Below, piece by piece: positions 1 through 9,951 of a DNA stretch of 64,000 nt. Origin of the DNA: Truepera sp. (GTDB lineage Bacteria > Deinococcota > Deinococci > Deinococcales > Trueperaceae); NCBI GenBank assembly GCA_965218435.1, contig CBDCKW010000009.1, positions 1,664,001 to 1,728,000 on the forward strand. The letters run 5' to 3'. Position 1 is the first letter of the stretch. Each line of letters begins with the position of its first letter. The notes beneath the pieces were generated by a model. That model was not told the DNA's origin. It did not search any database and saw only the letters and a program-made list of their open reading frames with translations. The translations under genes were made by a program, and so were the position numbers.

Positions 1-2
1 CC

Positions 3-1052
3 AACAACCTAGCCAACCTGCTATTTGACGCTGCCGCGGTGGGCCTCATCGCGCTCGGGGTCATCTGCGTTTTGCTCTTAGGCGAGATCGACCTGTCCAT
101 CGGCTCGATGAGCGGCCTCGCCTCGGCGATCATGGGTATTTTATGGATTAACACGGGGCTGCCGCTGCCGCTAGCTATTCTAGGCGCGGTTGCTACGGGC
201 GCTGTTACCGGTCTCGTCTACGGCGTGCTGCGCAACCGTTTCGAGATGCCGAGTTTTATAGCTACTCTAGCCGGGCTTTTAGCACTGCTGGGCGTTCAAC
301 TTTATATCCTTGGACCCAGCGGCTCGATCAATTTGCCTTTTGACTCTGCGCTGGTGCGGTTCGGCCAACTGCTGATTATTCCGGCCTGGCTGTCTTATAC
401 GCTCGCCCTGCTACCCGGCGTCGTGATGGTGTTAGGAGACTTTGCGACGAGAAAGCGTCGCAACGAAGCCAACTTGTCCTCGACCAGTCCCAGCGTGGTC
501 TTGCTCAAATCGGTTAGCATCACCGCAGCCCTGGTCTTCGCCGTCTATTATCTTGAAAAGGGACGCGGCGTACCGTGGATGTTTGCCGTATTCATTCTGT
601 TCGTAGTGGTGATGAATTACGCGTTCACCCGCACGAAATGGGGCCGGTCGCTGTTCGCGGTGGGTGGGAACGCCGAAGCCGCACGCCGGTCGGGGATCAA
701 TGTGCGGCAAATCCGGCTGTCGGCGTTTATGCTCTGCTCAGCGTTCGCAGCGTTAGGAGGCGTTTTTTCGGCGGCGCGGCTGGCCTCGTCTAGCCTCCAA
801 GCGGGCACCGGTGATGTAAACCTCAACGCTATTGCAGCCGCAGTCATCGGCGGTACCTCGCTTTTCGGCGGGCGTGGGTCTGCTTGGTCTGCGCTGCTCG
901 GGGTACTGGTCATTCAGGCGATTTCAAGTGGGCTGACCTTACTCAATCTCAGCTCGTCGCTGCGCTTTATGATTACCGGAGCTGTCCTTGCGATCGCCGT
1001 GATCGTGGACTCGCTTGCCCGCCGCTCACGTGCCAGCAGCGGCCGCGCCTAA
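3..1052 (+). CDS. Sugar ABC transporter permease (RbsC/XylH type), 5' end outside the window
   Basis: Multi-TM protein with [28 protein letters not shown] and [17 protein letters not shown] motifs; frame is open back to the window edge. Confidence 0.9.
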   Translation, partial: NNLANLLFDAAAVGLIALGVICVLLLGEIDLSIGSMSGLASAIMGILWINTGLPLPLAILGAVATGAVTGLVYGVLRNRFEMPSFIATLAGLLALLGVQLYILGPSGSINLPFDSALVRFGQLLIIPAWLSYTLALLPGVVMVLGDFATRKRRNEANLSSTSPSVVLLKSVSITAALVFAVYYLEKGRGVPWMFAVFILFVVVMNYAFTRTKWGRSLFAVGGNAEAARRSGINVRQIRLSAFMLCSAFAALGGVFSAARLASSSLQAGTGDVNLNAIAAAVIGGTSLFGGRGSAWSALLGVLVIQAISSGLTLLNLSSSLRFMITGAVLAIAVIVDSLARRSRASSGRA

Positions 1053-1068
1053 GGGGGGAATACAGGTT

Positions 1069-1797
1069 ATGCCTAAACAGCTTGAAGGAAAAACCGCCGC
1101 AGTAACGGGTGCGGCCTCAGGCATCGGACTAGCATGTGTCCGCAGCCTGTTGGCTGAAGGTGCGCAGGTGGTGCTAATTGACCGCGACGGTGACAAGTTA
1201 GACAGTCTCTGCCGGGAGCTGGGTTCAAATGCTTATGGGCTAAGGGTTGACTTGCTCGAGCCGACTCAAAACTCAAGCATCGGAGCTGGCATAGAGGACC
1301 TGGTTGGACCCCTCGATATTTTCCACGCCAATGCCGGCAGCTATGTCGGGGGGGCGGTGGCCGAGGGTAATCCCGATGAGTGGGACCGGATGCTCAACCT
1401 CAACATCAACGCAGCTTTCCGGTCCGTTCACGCAGTGCTGCCCAACATGATCGAGCGCGGTACGGGCGACGTCGTGATGACGAGTTCGGTTGCCGGGATG
1501 ATCCCGGTCATCTGGGAGCCGATCTACTCCGCCTCGAAACATGCCGTGCAAGCCTTTGTCCACTCGCTTCGTAGGCAGGTTGCACCGCACGGCCTCCGGG
1601 TCTGCGCGGTAGCGCCGGGGCCGGTGGTGACCGCTTTACTCGACGACTGGCCCAAAGCCAAAATGGAAGAAGCGCTGGCTGCAGGAAGCCTGATGCAGCC
1701 TGAGGCGGTAGCAGACGCGGTACTCTATATACTGACGCGTCCGCGCAACATCACGATCCGCGATCTGGTGATCTTACCGCAAAGCCTCGACCTCTAG
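1069..1797 (+). CDS. SDR oxidoreductase, ribitol 2-dehydrogenase-like
   Basis: [13 protein letters not shown] and YSASK motifs; PVIWEPIY and [12 protein letters not shown] segments recall ribitol dehydrogenases; ATG at 1069 after a G-rich RBS. Confidence 0.8.
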   Translation: MPKQLEGKTAAVTGAASGIGLACVRSLLAEGAQVVLIDRDGDKLDSLCRELGSNAYGLRVDLLEPTQNSSIGAGIEDLVGPLDIFHANAGSYVGGAVAEGNPDEWDRMLNLNINAAFRSVHAVLPNMIERGTGDVVMTSSVAGMIPVIWEPIYSASKHAVQAFVHSLRRQVAPHGLRVCAVAPGPVVTALLDDWPKAKMEEALAAGSLMQPEAVADAVLYILTRPRNITIRDLVILPQSLDL

Positions 1798-1799
1798 AC

Positions 1800-2140
1800 A
1801 CCGGCTTGAGTCCTGCGGCTTGATAAGGTGCCCAGGCTTTCGCGTAGTAGCGCATCAGCACATGGTCGCCTGTATGCGGCACGCCACTCACGGCTTTCCC
1901 GGTGGCGGTCGCAAGTGGGACGAGCCGGACCTTTTTCCCTTTGCCGTGAAACCGGATCAGCCGTTCCCTTAAGTCGATGTTCGTTCACTTAAGCGTCACG
2001 ATCTCCTCGATACGGAGCCCGAAGAGCACCGCTAAGAGAATCGCAACTTTGGAGATTGGGTCATCAAAGGTGTCGCACGCCTGAACGAGGTCTTCGGCGG
2101 TCGTCAGCGAGTAGTCGGTGCGTTTCTCCTCGAGCCTTTC
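1800..2140 (-). pseudogene. Tyrosine recombinase/integrase fragment with an internal stop
   Basis: Manual translation: LEEKRTDYSLTTAEDLVQACDTFDDPISKVAILLAVLFGLRIEEIVTLK*TNIDLRERLIRFHGKGKKVRLVPL, i.e. box I plus the GKGxKxRxVP patch; TGA at 1985-1987 where Trp is usual; no box II. Confidence 0.8.
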
Positions 2141-2215
2141 TTTTAGCCGACCCGCGTTCCGTATGGTCGCTCGCTCAGGTCAAGCTAAAAAAACCGGCTG
2201 CACTTTGTAAACGAT

Positions 2216-2974
2216 CTACAGTGCCGGATAAAACGCCCTCGCTAAGTTTGTATAAGTTGTCTCCGTTACCGGAAAACGTCGCTGAAAGACGGTCGGTTCG
2301 GGTGCGCCCACCGGGAGCAGCGCCAATTTAGCACCCGAAAAGAGACCGAAGCTGTGGGTGTCTAAAGCTGTGACAAAGCAGAAGAGGTAGTCGTCTACCC
2401 ACGCCAGATACTCGTTTACAGCTTCCTCAGAGATGTTGGCAGTGATAGAAGCACCCGAGTCCAGAGCTTGACGCAGCCCCAACCCATTTAGCGGCTGCCC
2501 GTTTTGTAGAGGCATGACGTTAAACTGTCCGTCAGCCAATACCCAGCGTTTGAGGTCAGGCAAAAAGACCTCACTGACGACGTGAGCCGCACCGGAATCA
2601 CGCGTTTCGGAGTCTTCAGTTTTAATCTGCAAAACCCGGCTCGGCAGACCGAGTGCGGCGGCACACGCTGAAATTACAGTGCCGTACTCGACACAGCGAA
2701 ACGATTTACCCTGACCCGCTTCTTCTAAAATTATGAGCGCGTCAGGCGATGAGGGTTCATTCAGGCCGTCGTGCTGCCAACGTGAATGCACCCAAGCACA
2801 GATGCGCCCCAACTTCTCTAAGTCACTTTCACTACCGGCAACGAGGGACTCGAGCCCATACTGCTCTCGCAACGTGCAAAGTTCAGGGTCATCAGCTTTA
2901 GCAAAGACAAACGGGTAGTGCTTTTGCGTAGGACCAAAATCGTAAGTCACACACTGCCTCCTCTGCTTAAACAC
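2216..2974 (-). CDS. Transglutaminase-like domain protein
   Basis: FRCVEYG...AHVVSEVF...WVLADG Cys-His-Asp triad pattern; overlaps the cysS stop. Confidence 0.75.
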   Translation of the reverse strand: MFKQRRQCVTYDFGPTQKHYPFVFAKADDPELCTLREQYGLESLVAGSESDLEKLGRICAWVHSRWQHDGLNEPSSPDALIILEEAGQGKSFRCVEYGTVISACAAALGLPSRVLQIKTEDSETRDSGAAHVVSEVFLPDLKRWVLADGQFNVMPLQNGQPLNGLGLRQALDSGASITANISEEAVNEYLAWVDDYLFCFVTALDTHSFGLFSGAKLALLPVGAPEPTVFQRRFPVTETTYTNLARAFYPAL

Positions 2975-4406
2975 GTTCTCCAGGTGTACTGCGTTTCCAC
3001 CTTACACCATCGGGAGTGTCCTCGAGCACTAACCCTAACTCCGCCAAGCGGTCCCGAATCGCGTCCGAGGTCGCAAAGTCGCGCCGTGTCCGGGCCTCGT
3101 GCCGCTGCTCGCTTACGAGTTCGACAAGTCCGTCTAACAGAGCTGTGTCATCGTGTGTACTGCCTTGCACCGTCCCGATAATCCCCAGCACGTCGCCAGC
3201 GAGGTCGTCAAAAAAGGCTTTGGCTGCGGCTAAGTAACCCTCATCGGCTCGGCTCAGCTTCGCGTTAATTTGGCGGCTCGCGTCGAAGAGCACTGCAAAC
3301 GCCTGCGGCGTGTTGAAGTCGTCGTTCATCGCGGCGGCAAAACGGGCGCGGTAGTCGGCAAACGGGTCTTTCTCAGGCGCTTCAGCTTTATCGTTTGTAC
3401 GGCGCGACAGCTCGGCGTAGGTCTCTTGCAGTCGTTTAAGCCCCTGTTTCGAGGCATAGAGGCTCTCGTCGGAAAAATCGCTGACGCTGCGGTAGTGGGC
3501 GCTCAAGAGGTGAAACCGGAGCGCCGTCCCGCCGTGCTCGGCTAAGAGCGCAGAGAGTGCCAGTGCCCCCTTAGATTTCGCCATCTTCTCGCCGCCGAAG
3601 GTTAAAAAGTTCCAGTGGAGCCAGTAGTGCGCAAACGGTTTACCTGCGCCTTTCGCCTGCGCGATTTCGCATTCGTGATGCGGGAAAATAAGGTCTAAAC
3701 CGCCGCCGTGGATATCGAAGGTGTCGCCCAGATATTTGGTGCTCATCACCGAGCACTCGAGGTGCCAGCCCGGATACCCGTCGCCCCACGGCGACGGCCA
3801 GCGCATGAGGTGCCCATTGTCGGCGGCTTTCCACAGGGCGAAGTCGCGCGGGTCGTCTTTGTCGCTCCGCACCTCTACGCGGGTACCCTCGAGCGTCCCT
3901 TCCTGCGTCCGGCCCGAGAGTTCGCCGTAGTCTTTGTACGCCGACACGTCGAAGTAGACGTTGCCGTCCCGCTCATACGCTAGGCCACGCTCGAGCAAAG
4001 TTTCGGTCATCCCAATCTGCTCGGTGATGTGCCCCGAAGCCCTCGGGATGATGTCAGGGCGACGCACCCCGAGTTGCGCCAGCGCGTCGAAGTAGCGCCA
4101 AAAGTATTTTTCAGCGATCTCCATCGGCTCGAGCTGCTCGAGTCTCGCCCGTTTCACAAGTTTGTCTTCGCCTTCGTCGGCGTCATCGGTCAGGTGGCCG
4201 ACATCGGTGATGTTTGACACAAACCGAACTTGATAGCCCTCGTGGGCAAACCAGCGGCGCACCACGTCGAAAAAAACGGGGCCACGGGCGTTCCCGATAT
4301 GCGGCTCTGAATATACAGTCGGGCCGCAGACGTAGATACCAACGCGGTTAGGAACTAAAGGCTCAAACGTTTCTTTTTGGCGAGTCAGGGTGTTATAAAG
4401 CTGCAT
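2967..4406 (-). CDS. cysS: Cysteine--tRNA ligase
   Basis: [37 protein letters not shown] and KMAKS motifs. Confidence 0.98.
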   Translation of the reverse strand: MQLYNTLTRQKETFEPLVPNRVGIYVCGPTVYSEPHIGNARGPVFFDVVRRWFAHEGYQVRFVSNITDVGHLTDDADEGEDKLVKRARLEQLEPMEIAEKYFWRYFDALAQLGVRRPDIIPRASGHITEQIGMTETLLERGLAYERDGNVYFDVSAYKDYGELSGRTQEGTLEGTRVEVRSDKDDPRDFALWKAADNGHLMRWPSPWGDGYPGWHLECSVMSTKYLGDTFDIHGGGLDLIFPHHECEIAQAKGAGKPFAHYWLHWNFLTFGGEKMAKSKGALALSALLAEHGGTALRFHLLSAHYRSVSDFSDESLYASKQGLKRLQETYAELSRRTNDKAEAPEKDPFADYRARFAAAMNDDFNTPQAFAVLFDASRQINAKLSRADEGYLAAAKAFFDDLAGDVLGIIGTVQGSTHDDTALLDGLVELVSEQRHEARTRRDFATSDAIRDRLAELGLVLEDTPDGVRWKRSTPGERV

Positions 4407-4450
4407 GGGGTCTCCTTAAGATAGATGCTTTTGGACGTAAAGTCAGAGCC

Positions 4451-4486
4451 CTAGCAACATCGTGGGTTGAAGAAAAACGGAGACAT
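4451..4486 (-). CDS. Putative leaderless leader peptide MSPFFFNPRCC upstream of cysS
   Basis: ATG TCT CCG TTT TTC TTC AAC CCA CGA TGT TGC TAG; starts 6 nt after an extended -10 TGcTAAACT; ends 44 nt before the cysS ATG. Confidence 0.6.
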   Translation of the reverse strand: MSPFFFNPRCC

Positions 4487-4492
4487 GAAAAG

Positions 4493-4501
4493 AGTTTAGC
4501 A
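4493..4501 (-). promoter_or_regulatory. Extended -10 promoter (TGcTAAACT) for the cysS leader
   Basis: TGnTAnnnT match with leaderless spacing to the ATG at 4486. Confidence 0.55.
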
Positions 4502-4558
4502 TTCACACGTCCAAAGTAGTGCGTGGAGAGCAACGGACACAGCGATATTTGCCTGCGC

Positions 4559-5059
4559 TCAGCTATTTCCTTTACCTGCGTTTAGAGTTGCGACGATAAG
4601 CTGTTCAACCTCTGTGGGTAAATGTTGGGTCGTATCGACAGCTAATCGCAACCTGCTTTGAACCGACGGATCAGCAATGATGCCTTTATAGATACCGTAA
4701 TTTCTAGTGATGCGTTCATTATCTAACGCATCACCACGCTGACGTTTGCGGTTGACAAGCTCAGGGAGCGATGCTTGAAGTTCGATGATGACAAAACCTT
4801 GCGCGTAAAAAGCCACGATCTCTTCTGTAGAAAGATAAGAAGTGACAAAGAGAATAGACTTAGCATCTGTTTTAAGAAAATCTTTGACGATGCGTGCAAA
4901 AAGATCGTCAATAATATCTTCACTTTCGGGCCACACGCCACCGTTTAACCTCTCGGTTTCGTCGTCTATCTCGAGCACCTCGAGACCCAGCGTCTGCCCC
5001 AAGCCGGTGGCAATCGTTGATTTGCCTACACCGGAAGGTCCTAAAAGCAGCAGCTTCAT
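4559..5059 (-). CDS. P-loop kinase (shikimate/adenylate kinase-like fold)
   Basis: N-terminal GPSGVGKST Walker A; more AT-rich than neighbours. Confidence 0.7.
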   Translation of the reverse strand: MKLLLLGPSGVGKSTIATGLGQTLGLEVLEIDDETERLNGGVWPESEDIIDDLFARIVKDFLKTDAKSILFVTSYLSTEEIVAFYAQGFVIIELQASLPELVNRKRQRGDALDNERITRNYGIYKGIIADPSVQSRLRLAVDTTQHLPTEVEQLIVATLNAGKGNS

Positions 5060-5117
5060 GGGGTATCTTCGCAGAAATTACGGAGCTTGGTACGTTGACA
5101 AGACGTTAAGCTAAAGC

Positions 5118-5708
5118 GTGTCGTATAAAAGCGTCTCCCGAACCCATGAACGTGAGGAAGTCGTTAAGGGCTCGAGGTTTATCACGTTTGTGACCCGAGT
5201 CAAAGACGTTGACGACGCACTGACAAAACTAGACGGAGTGAGAGTGCAGCACGCTGACGCAACCCATAACACTTGGGCGTACCGGGTCGGGGCCGAGGTG
5301 CGTTTTTCGGACGACGGCGAACCGGGCGGCACGGCAGGCAGGCCGATGTTGGAAGTTTTGCAAAAACGCGGGCTAGACTTTGTGCTCGCGGTCGTGACAC
5401 GTTACTACGGCGGTGTAAAGCTGGGCGCGGGCGGTTTAGTGCGGGCGTACAGCGGGAGCCTCACTAAAGCACTCGATGAGGCGGGCGTATTGGAGGTTCG
5501 TGAAACCGTGACGCGCACCCTAACTGCGCCCTTTGCCGAGCTTGACGCGGTTCACCGTCTGCTTGATGGCTGGGCCGGACTTCGCAAAGGCGAGCCCGAC
5601 TATACCGCCGAGGGGTTACGTTTGCCCGTTACCTTTTTTGCCGACGATGAATCGCCCCTGACCGACGCATTGACCGAAGTGACACGGGGCGCAGGGTCAC
5701 TGGGTTGA
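5118..5708 (+). CDS. yigZ: YigZ/IMPACT family protein
   Basis: KGSRFI, ATHNTWAY, SDDGEPGGTAG and VTRYYGGVKLGAGGLVRAY motifs. Confidence 0.92.
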   Translation: MSYKSVSRTHEREEVVKGSRFITFVTRVKDVDDALTKLDGVRVQHADATHNTWAYRVGAEVRFSDDGEPGGTAGRPMLEVLQKRGLDFVLAVVTRYYGGVKLGAGGLVRAYSGSLTKALDEAGVLEVRETVTRTLTAPFAELDAVHRLLDGWAGLRKGEPDYTAEGLRLPVTFFADDESPLTDALTEVTRGAGSLG

Positions 5709-5740
5709 CGCTCTTAAGAAGTCGGGCTCGAGCCCAAAAA

Positions 5741-6457
5741 CTAGCCCTGAGCTAAAGCTCGAGCCGCCTCAACTAGCGCCACATTTCCGGGCGCAAGCTC
5801 ACCTGTCGGAAGCCGGAGCGTGTCCTCGAGCCCTACCCTACTCGCGTACCCACTTTTCGCCGCCCTCTCCAGCAAACTCCAGACTGCGCCGTCAGTTCCG
5901 TGAAGCAGGCGCGGAACCTCAGGTGAAACGTCCTCTAAGACGGCCTCAATTTCGTTTACGACTGCATTCGCTTGTACCGGGTCGGTTTCCCAGGGCTCGA
6001 GCAGTAGCCGCAGCCAAGTGACGTTCGGCAGGGCTAAGAGGTGACGCGCATCTTCCGGCGTTGAGATACCGGCCTCGAGCTCTATCCCACGCTTCGCTAG
6101 CACCGCAATGACCTGCTCAATATGCGATTCAGCAAGGTTGACAGATGCGTAGTCGGGCAAAACGGTCCAAGCCTCGGTTGCAGCGAGGCGCTGGGCCACG
6201 TCCGGTTCAATGTCAGCAGCCGTGCTGATACCCACAGCTCTACCGGGACAAGTCTCACGAACCGCAGTAAGTGCAGCAGCGACATGCTCAGCTGCAAGTG
6301 ACTCCCGGCCTGCTTCGTCTCTTGGATGGAGGTGCAAGGCAACTGCGCCAGCGTCTACGACGCGCGCCGCGTCCGCTGCCAGATCACCCGGATAGAGTGG
6401 TACTGCGGAATGTTCAGCTAAAGTTCGGCTACCGTTGAGACATGCCTGAAGCCACAT
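5741..6457 (-). CDS. Beta-keto acid cleavage (BKACE/DUF849) family protein
   Basis: LQACLNG, LHLHPRD, LLHG and RVGLEDT motifs; ATG 6457 lies 6 nt after TATACT. Confidence 0.85.
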   Translation of the reverse strand: MWLQACLNGSRTLAEHSAVPLYPGDLAADAARVVDAGAVALHLHPRDEAGRESLAAEHVAAALTAVRETCPGRAVGISTAADIEPDVAQRLAATEAWTVLPDYASVNLAESHIEQVIAVLAKRGIELEAGISTPEDARHLLALPNVTWLRLLLEPWETDPVQANAVVNEIEAVLEDVSPEVPRLLHGTDGAVWSLLERAAKSGYASRVGLEDTLRLPTGELAPGNVALVEAARALAQG

Positions 6458-6522
6458 AAAAACAGTATAGCCAGCAGGATGGGGGCTGCTCAAAACAGCT
6501 TAGCAGTGGCGTTAGGCGGCTT

Positions 6523-6984
6523 TTAAGCTTTCCGCGTGTAGGTCAAAAACCCGGTCTCTTTCTGCCAACCGTGCGCTTTGTAAAGTGCTTGGGCGCTCTT
6601 GTTATCAGTTGCTGTCTGTAAGGTTAAACCCTTCGCACCCGTCTCGCGGGCGTGTTCGTGCGCACGCCCAAGCAGCGCACCCGCAACAGCTTTTCTCCTC
6701 GCCTCCAACGCAACAAAGAGGTCGTTCAAAATCCACAGCTTTTGCAGTGATACCGACGAAAACGACGGGTAAAGCTGCGTAAACCCGGCAGCTTTACGGT
6801 CTAAAAGGGCCAGAAAGATAACGGACTCGTCCAGCCTTAAACGCGCCGCCAAAAAGTCCCTGACCGCCTCACTATCAGAGGCTTGACGGTAAAACACGCG
6901 GTAGGCGTCAAACAGCGGTGTGAGCTGCTCTAAATGAGACGGGTCAGCGCGGACGATTTTAGGTGTTGGCTCGGGCATTTGCAT
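6523..6984 (-). CDS. GNAT family N-acetyltransferase
   Basis: GFTQLYPSFSSVS, WILNDLFV and LQTATDNKSAQALY motifs. Confidence 0.9.
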   Translation of the reverse strand: MQMPEPTPKIVRADPSHLEQLTPLFDAYRVFYRQASDSEAVRDFLAARLRLDESVIFLALLDRKAAGFTQLYPSFSSVSLQKLWILNDLFVALEARRKAVAGALLGRAHEHARETGAKGLTLQTATDNKSAQALYKAHGWQKETGFLTYTRKA

Positions 6985-7068
6985 GGAGCAGCTTACGACG
7001 GGAGGATGAGCGCCCGTTTTAAGCCTGACGTTAAGATAAAGGTCAAAAAGCATTTGGGGGCATTTCTT

Positions 7069-7881
7069 GTGGCAGAAAAACCTGTTAGTAAAGTAGAAAT
7101 TGAAGAAGTGGTGCTCGAGGCCCAGCGCTTAGAGCTCTTGGAACGTGTGGAAGCTTGGCTCGAGACGCCGATGGTCGTGCTCGGGTTTGTCTGGTTGGCG
7201 CTCCTCATTGCTGAATTCGTGTGGGGCTCGAGTTCGCTCTTTGAGACGCTGGGCACGCTCATCTGGATCGTCTTCATCCTCGACTTTATCCTTAAGTTTA
7301 CGCTGGCCCCGCGCAAACGCTTTTATCTGCGGCGCAATTTGCTGACGATTGTCGCGCTCTTTATTCCGGCGCTACGCGTCTTTCGGCTGGCCCGCGCCGT
7401 GCGGGTGTTGCGGCTGGCGCGTACCGCGCGGGGGCTCAGGCTCTTGCGCGTGGTCACCTCGCTCAACCGGGGGATGCGGGCCTTGTCAGCGACGATGGGC
7501 CGCCGCGGGGCCGGTTACGTGGTCTTGCTGACGCTGATCGTGACCCTTGCCGGGGCCGCCGGGATGTACGCCTTTGAGCAGAATGTGACGGGGGGGCTTA
7601 CGTCCTACGGCGGCGCACTCTGGTGGACGGCGATGATTATGCTCACGCTCGGGTCGGAATACTGGCCGCAAACGCCCGAAGGCCGGATTCTCTGTATCCT
7701 CTTGTCACTCTACGCGTTCGGTATTTTCGGCTACGTCACCGCGGTGCTGGCCAGTTTTTTTGTCGGCCGCGACGCGGATGGGGCGGGCGAGATCGCCGGG
7801 GCCAAAGAGTTAGGGCTGCTGCGTGCAGAAATCGCCGCACTCCGCGAAGCGTTACCCGCACGTACCACGCCGGACGAATAG
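7069..7881 (+). CDS. Voltage-gated-type ion channel / ion transporter with non-canonical pore motif
   Basis: About six TM segments, Arg-rich S4-like segment, pore region ALWWTAMIMLTLGSEYWPQTPEGR; start uncertain (ORF open from 6934). Confidence 0.8.
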   Translation: MAEKPVSKVEIEEVVLEAQRLELLERVEAWLETPMVVLGFVWLALLIAEFVWGSSSLFETLGTLIWIVFILDFILKFTLAPRKRFYLRRNLLTIVALFIPALRVFRLARAVRVLRLARTARGLRLLRVVTSLNRGMRALSATMGRRGAGYVVLLTLIVTLAGAAGMYAFEQNVTGGLTSYGGALWWTAMIMLTLGSEYWPQTPEGRILCILLSLYAFGIFGYVTAVLASFFVGRDADGAGEIAGAKELGLLRAEIAALREALPARTTPDE

Positions 7882-8053
7882 CTCAGGAGCTGTATTTTGC
7901 TTTCTGCTTGACGTTCCAAATACGTGAGAGACGCTATTTTCTCCGTAAATTACCGACTTCTGAATGCTGAAGTTTTACTCCTTCGGCGCGGTACGCAGCA
8001 AACGCCTCGAGCTGAGCTTGAAAGGTCAACAAAACTTGTAAGGGTACGCCCTA

Positions 8054-8255
8054 AGTACAAGACAATTCTTTAGCAACCTTGTCCAAAACGTAACTTGTTG
8101 TATAAGCTAGACAAAAATCTTCTTGTCTGCCTAAGCGTGACCCGGTAGATCGCCTTGAAGATCTTCCTAGACAGCAGTCTCGGGGGACATAAACGCTACT
8201 TTTCAGAGAGCTGAATAGCCCGTTCAGACTCGTAAAATTGTTTTTGTCGTGTACT
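8054..8255. mobile_element. MITE-like element family B, copy 1 (202 bp)
   Basis: Terminal IR AGTACA(A)GACAA / TTGTCGTGTACT; homologous over its length to 13296-13497; GGGTACGCC repeated at 8042-8050 and 8258-8266. Confidence 0.8.
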
Positions 8256-8399
8256 AGGGGTACGCCACAAAAAAAGCAGCGGTGCCTGCCACTATTGCGC
8301 CCGGACGCGTAAGGGACAATAGAGAGGTGCAATATACCAACGTCTACTTACCAACGCTTTATCTGCGTTCCTACCTAACGTCTTCCAGAAACGCTTGTC

Positions 8400-9299
8400 A
8401 TGCCAGCTGACAGGCTGGACGAACCCAAAACGCCGACCGAAGTCACGCCCGACGCGCCCGACAAGGGCAGCGCCGTTGAAGATTTTTTTAGTACCGACGA
8501 CATCTTTCAGCGCGTGTTGGCAACGGCGGCCCACGAACTCGAGCGTCCCACCGGCACCTTTATCTGGGGTGCGCTCGCCGCCGGACTGATTTTAGGCTTT
8601 TCGTTTCTAGCGCGCGCTGTCGTTACCGCCGCCGCACCGGGACAACCTTCGCTCGTCGGTGATTTGCTCTATCCTATCGGCTTTGTTTTTGTGATTTTGG
8701 GCCGCTATCCGCTCTACACCGAAAATACCCTGACCCCGGTGACGTTGGCCCTGACGCGGTTCTCGAGCCTCCGCGACATCTTGCGTATCTGGGGCTTTTC
8801 GTACCTGCCCAACCTCGCTGGCGCGGCTATCTTTTCGCTGCTTTTAGCGGTCACCGGGATTTTGAGTTCGGACACTGCCGCAGTTGCGCTGCAGATGGGC
8901 GAGCACCTCCTAGAAGCACGTTGGGCCGACGCCTTTTTTCGCGCGGTGCTCGCAGGTTGGCTGCTCGCCGGACTCGTCTGGCTCGTTCACGCGGCCCGTG
9001 ATACGGTCTCGAGGCTCCTGTTAATCTGGCTGGTCATCTACCTGCAAATCTCTGCCGAGCTCTACCACTGTATCGTCGGCTCGGTCGAGGTGCTCTACGC
9101 CGTCTGGACGGGTCACGCGAGCTTCTGGGCCTATCTGAGCGATTTTCTTGTACCGGTAACGCTCGGCAACACGGTTGGCGGCGTCGTCTTCGTCGCTATT
9201 TTGAACTGGGCGCAGTTCAGCCCGGACAAAGGCCACGGAGAAGATTTCGGGCCGCAGCTCTCGTGGCGTGAGTGGCTAACAGGGCGTCAGGCCGGGTGA
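8400..9299 (+). CDS. Formate/nitrite transporter family protein
   Basis: YPIGFVFVILGRYPLYTENT, HCIVGS and TLGNTVGG motifs. Confidence 0.9.
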   Translation: MPADRLDEPKTPTEVTPDAPDKGSAVEDFFSTDDIFQRVLATAAHELERPTGTFIWGALAAGLILGFSFLARAVVTAAAPGQPSLVGDLLYPIGFVFVILGRYPLYTENTLTPVTLALTRFSSLRDILRIWGFSYLPNLAGAAIFSLLLAVTGILSSDTAAVALQMGEHLLEARWADAFFRAVLAGWLLAGLVWLVHAARDTVSRLLLIWLVIYLQISAELYHCIVGSVEVLYAVWTGHASFWAYLSDFLVPVTLGNTVGGVVFVAILNWAQFSPDKGHGEDFGPQLSWREWLTGRQAG

Positions 9300-9357
9300 T
9301 AGATGGTTGAGCGAACGCTTAGACCTGTCGGGCGGCTATACTCGAGGTCGGGGGAGC

Positions 9358-9888
9358 ATGATGTTTTTTGACAACTGGTTTGGACTCTTGCGGGTGGTGG
9401 TCGTCGCGCCACTCGCTTACTTGGCTTTGATTCTCCTTTTACGGGTGTCGGGCAAACGCACGCTCTCTAAAATGAACGCGTTCGACTTTATTATTACGGT
9501 CGCGCTGGGGTCAACTTTTGCCTCGATCATTCTTTCAAGCGACGTAGCTCTGATAGAAGGCGTAACAGCGTTCGTGATGCTGATCGGCAGTCAGTTTGTG
9601 ATTACCTGGCTTTCAGTCCGTTCAGAGACGGTCAAACAGCTCGTCAAATCCGAACCCAGTCTGCTTTTTCATGACGGCGACTTTTTAGCCGGAGCGATGA
9701 AACGTGAGCGCGTCACGCAAGAAGAAGTCTTAGCGGCAGTGCGTGAGTCGGGCAAAGTGTCCCTCGAGGCCGTTGGCGCAGTTGTCCTAGAAACCGACGG
9801 CACCTTTAGCATCCTCGCTACCGGCGCGGCTGAGGCGCGCCCCACCCTGCAAGACGTCCGGCATTTTAGCGGGGCCAACCGCAGTTAA
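9358..9888 (+). CDS. DUF421/YetF family membrane protein
   Basis: GKRTLSKMNAFDFIITVALGS and VLETDGTFS motifs; GGAG RBS before ATG 9358. Confidence 0.9.
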   Translation: MMFFDNWFGLLRVVVVAPLAYLALILLLRVSGKRTLSKMNAFDFIITVALGSTFASIILSSDVALIEGVTAFVMLIGSQFVITWLSVRSETVKQLVKSEPSLLFHDGDFLAGAMKRERVTQEEVLAAVRESGKVSLEAVGAVVLETDGTFSILATGAAEARPTLQDVRHFSGANRS

Positions 9889-9951
9889 AACGCCAGCTAG
9901 AGCACGTTGTCTCGGTATCGTCAGGTTGAGCTTGTCGGAGTAGGATAAATT

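Noticed and set aside
4496..4540. Second short Cys-containing ORF (GTG start, MSVALHALLWTCEC*) upstream of the cysS leader
   Set aside because: No SD or -10 in front of it, and it overlaps the predicted promoter; the ORF at 4451-4486 has much better initiation signals.
4407..4558. T-box riboswitch upstream of cysS
   Set aside because: Region is short, with no T-box consensus (GGTGGnACC) and no terminator with a U-tract.
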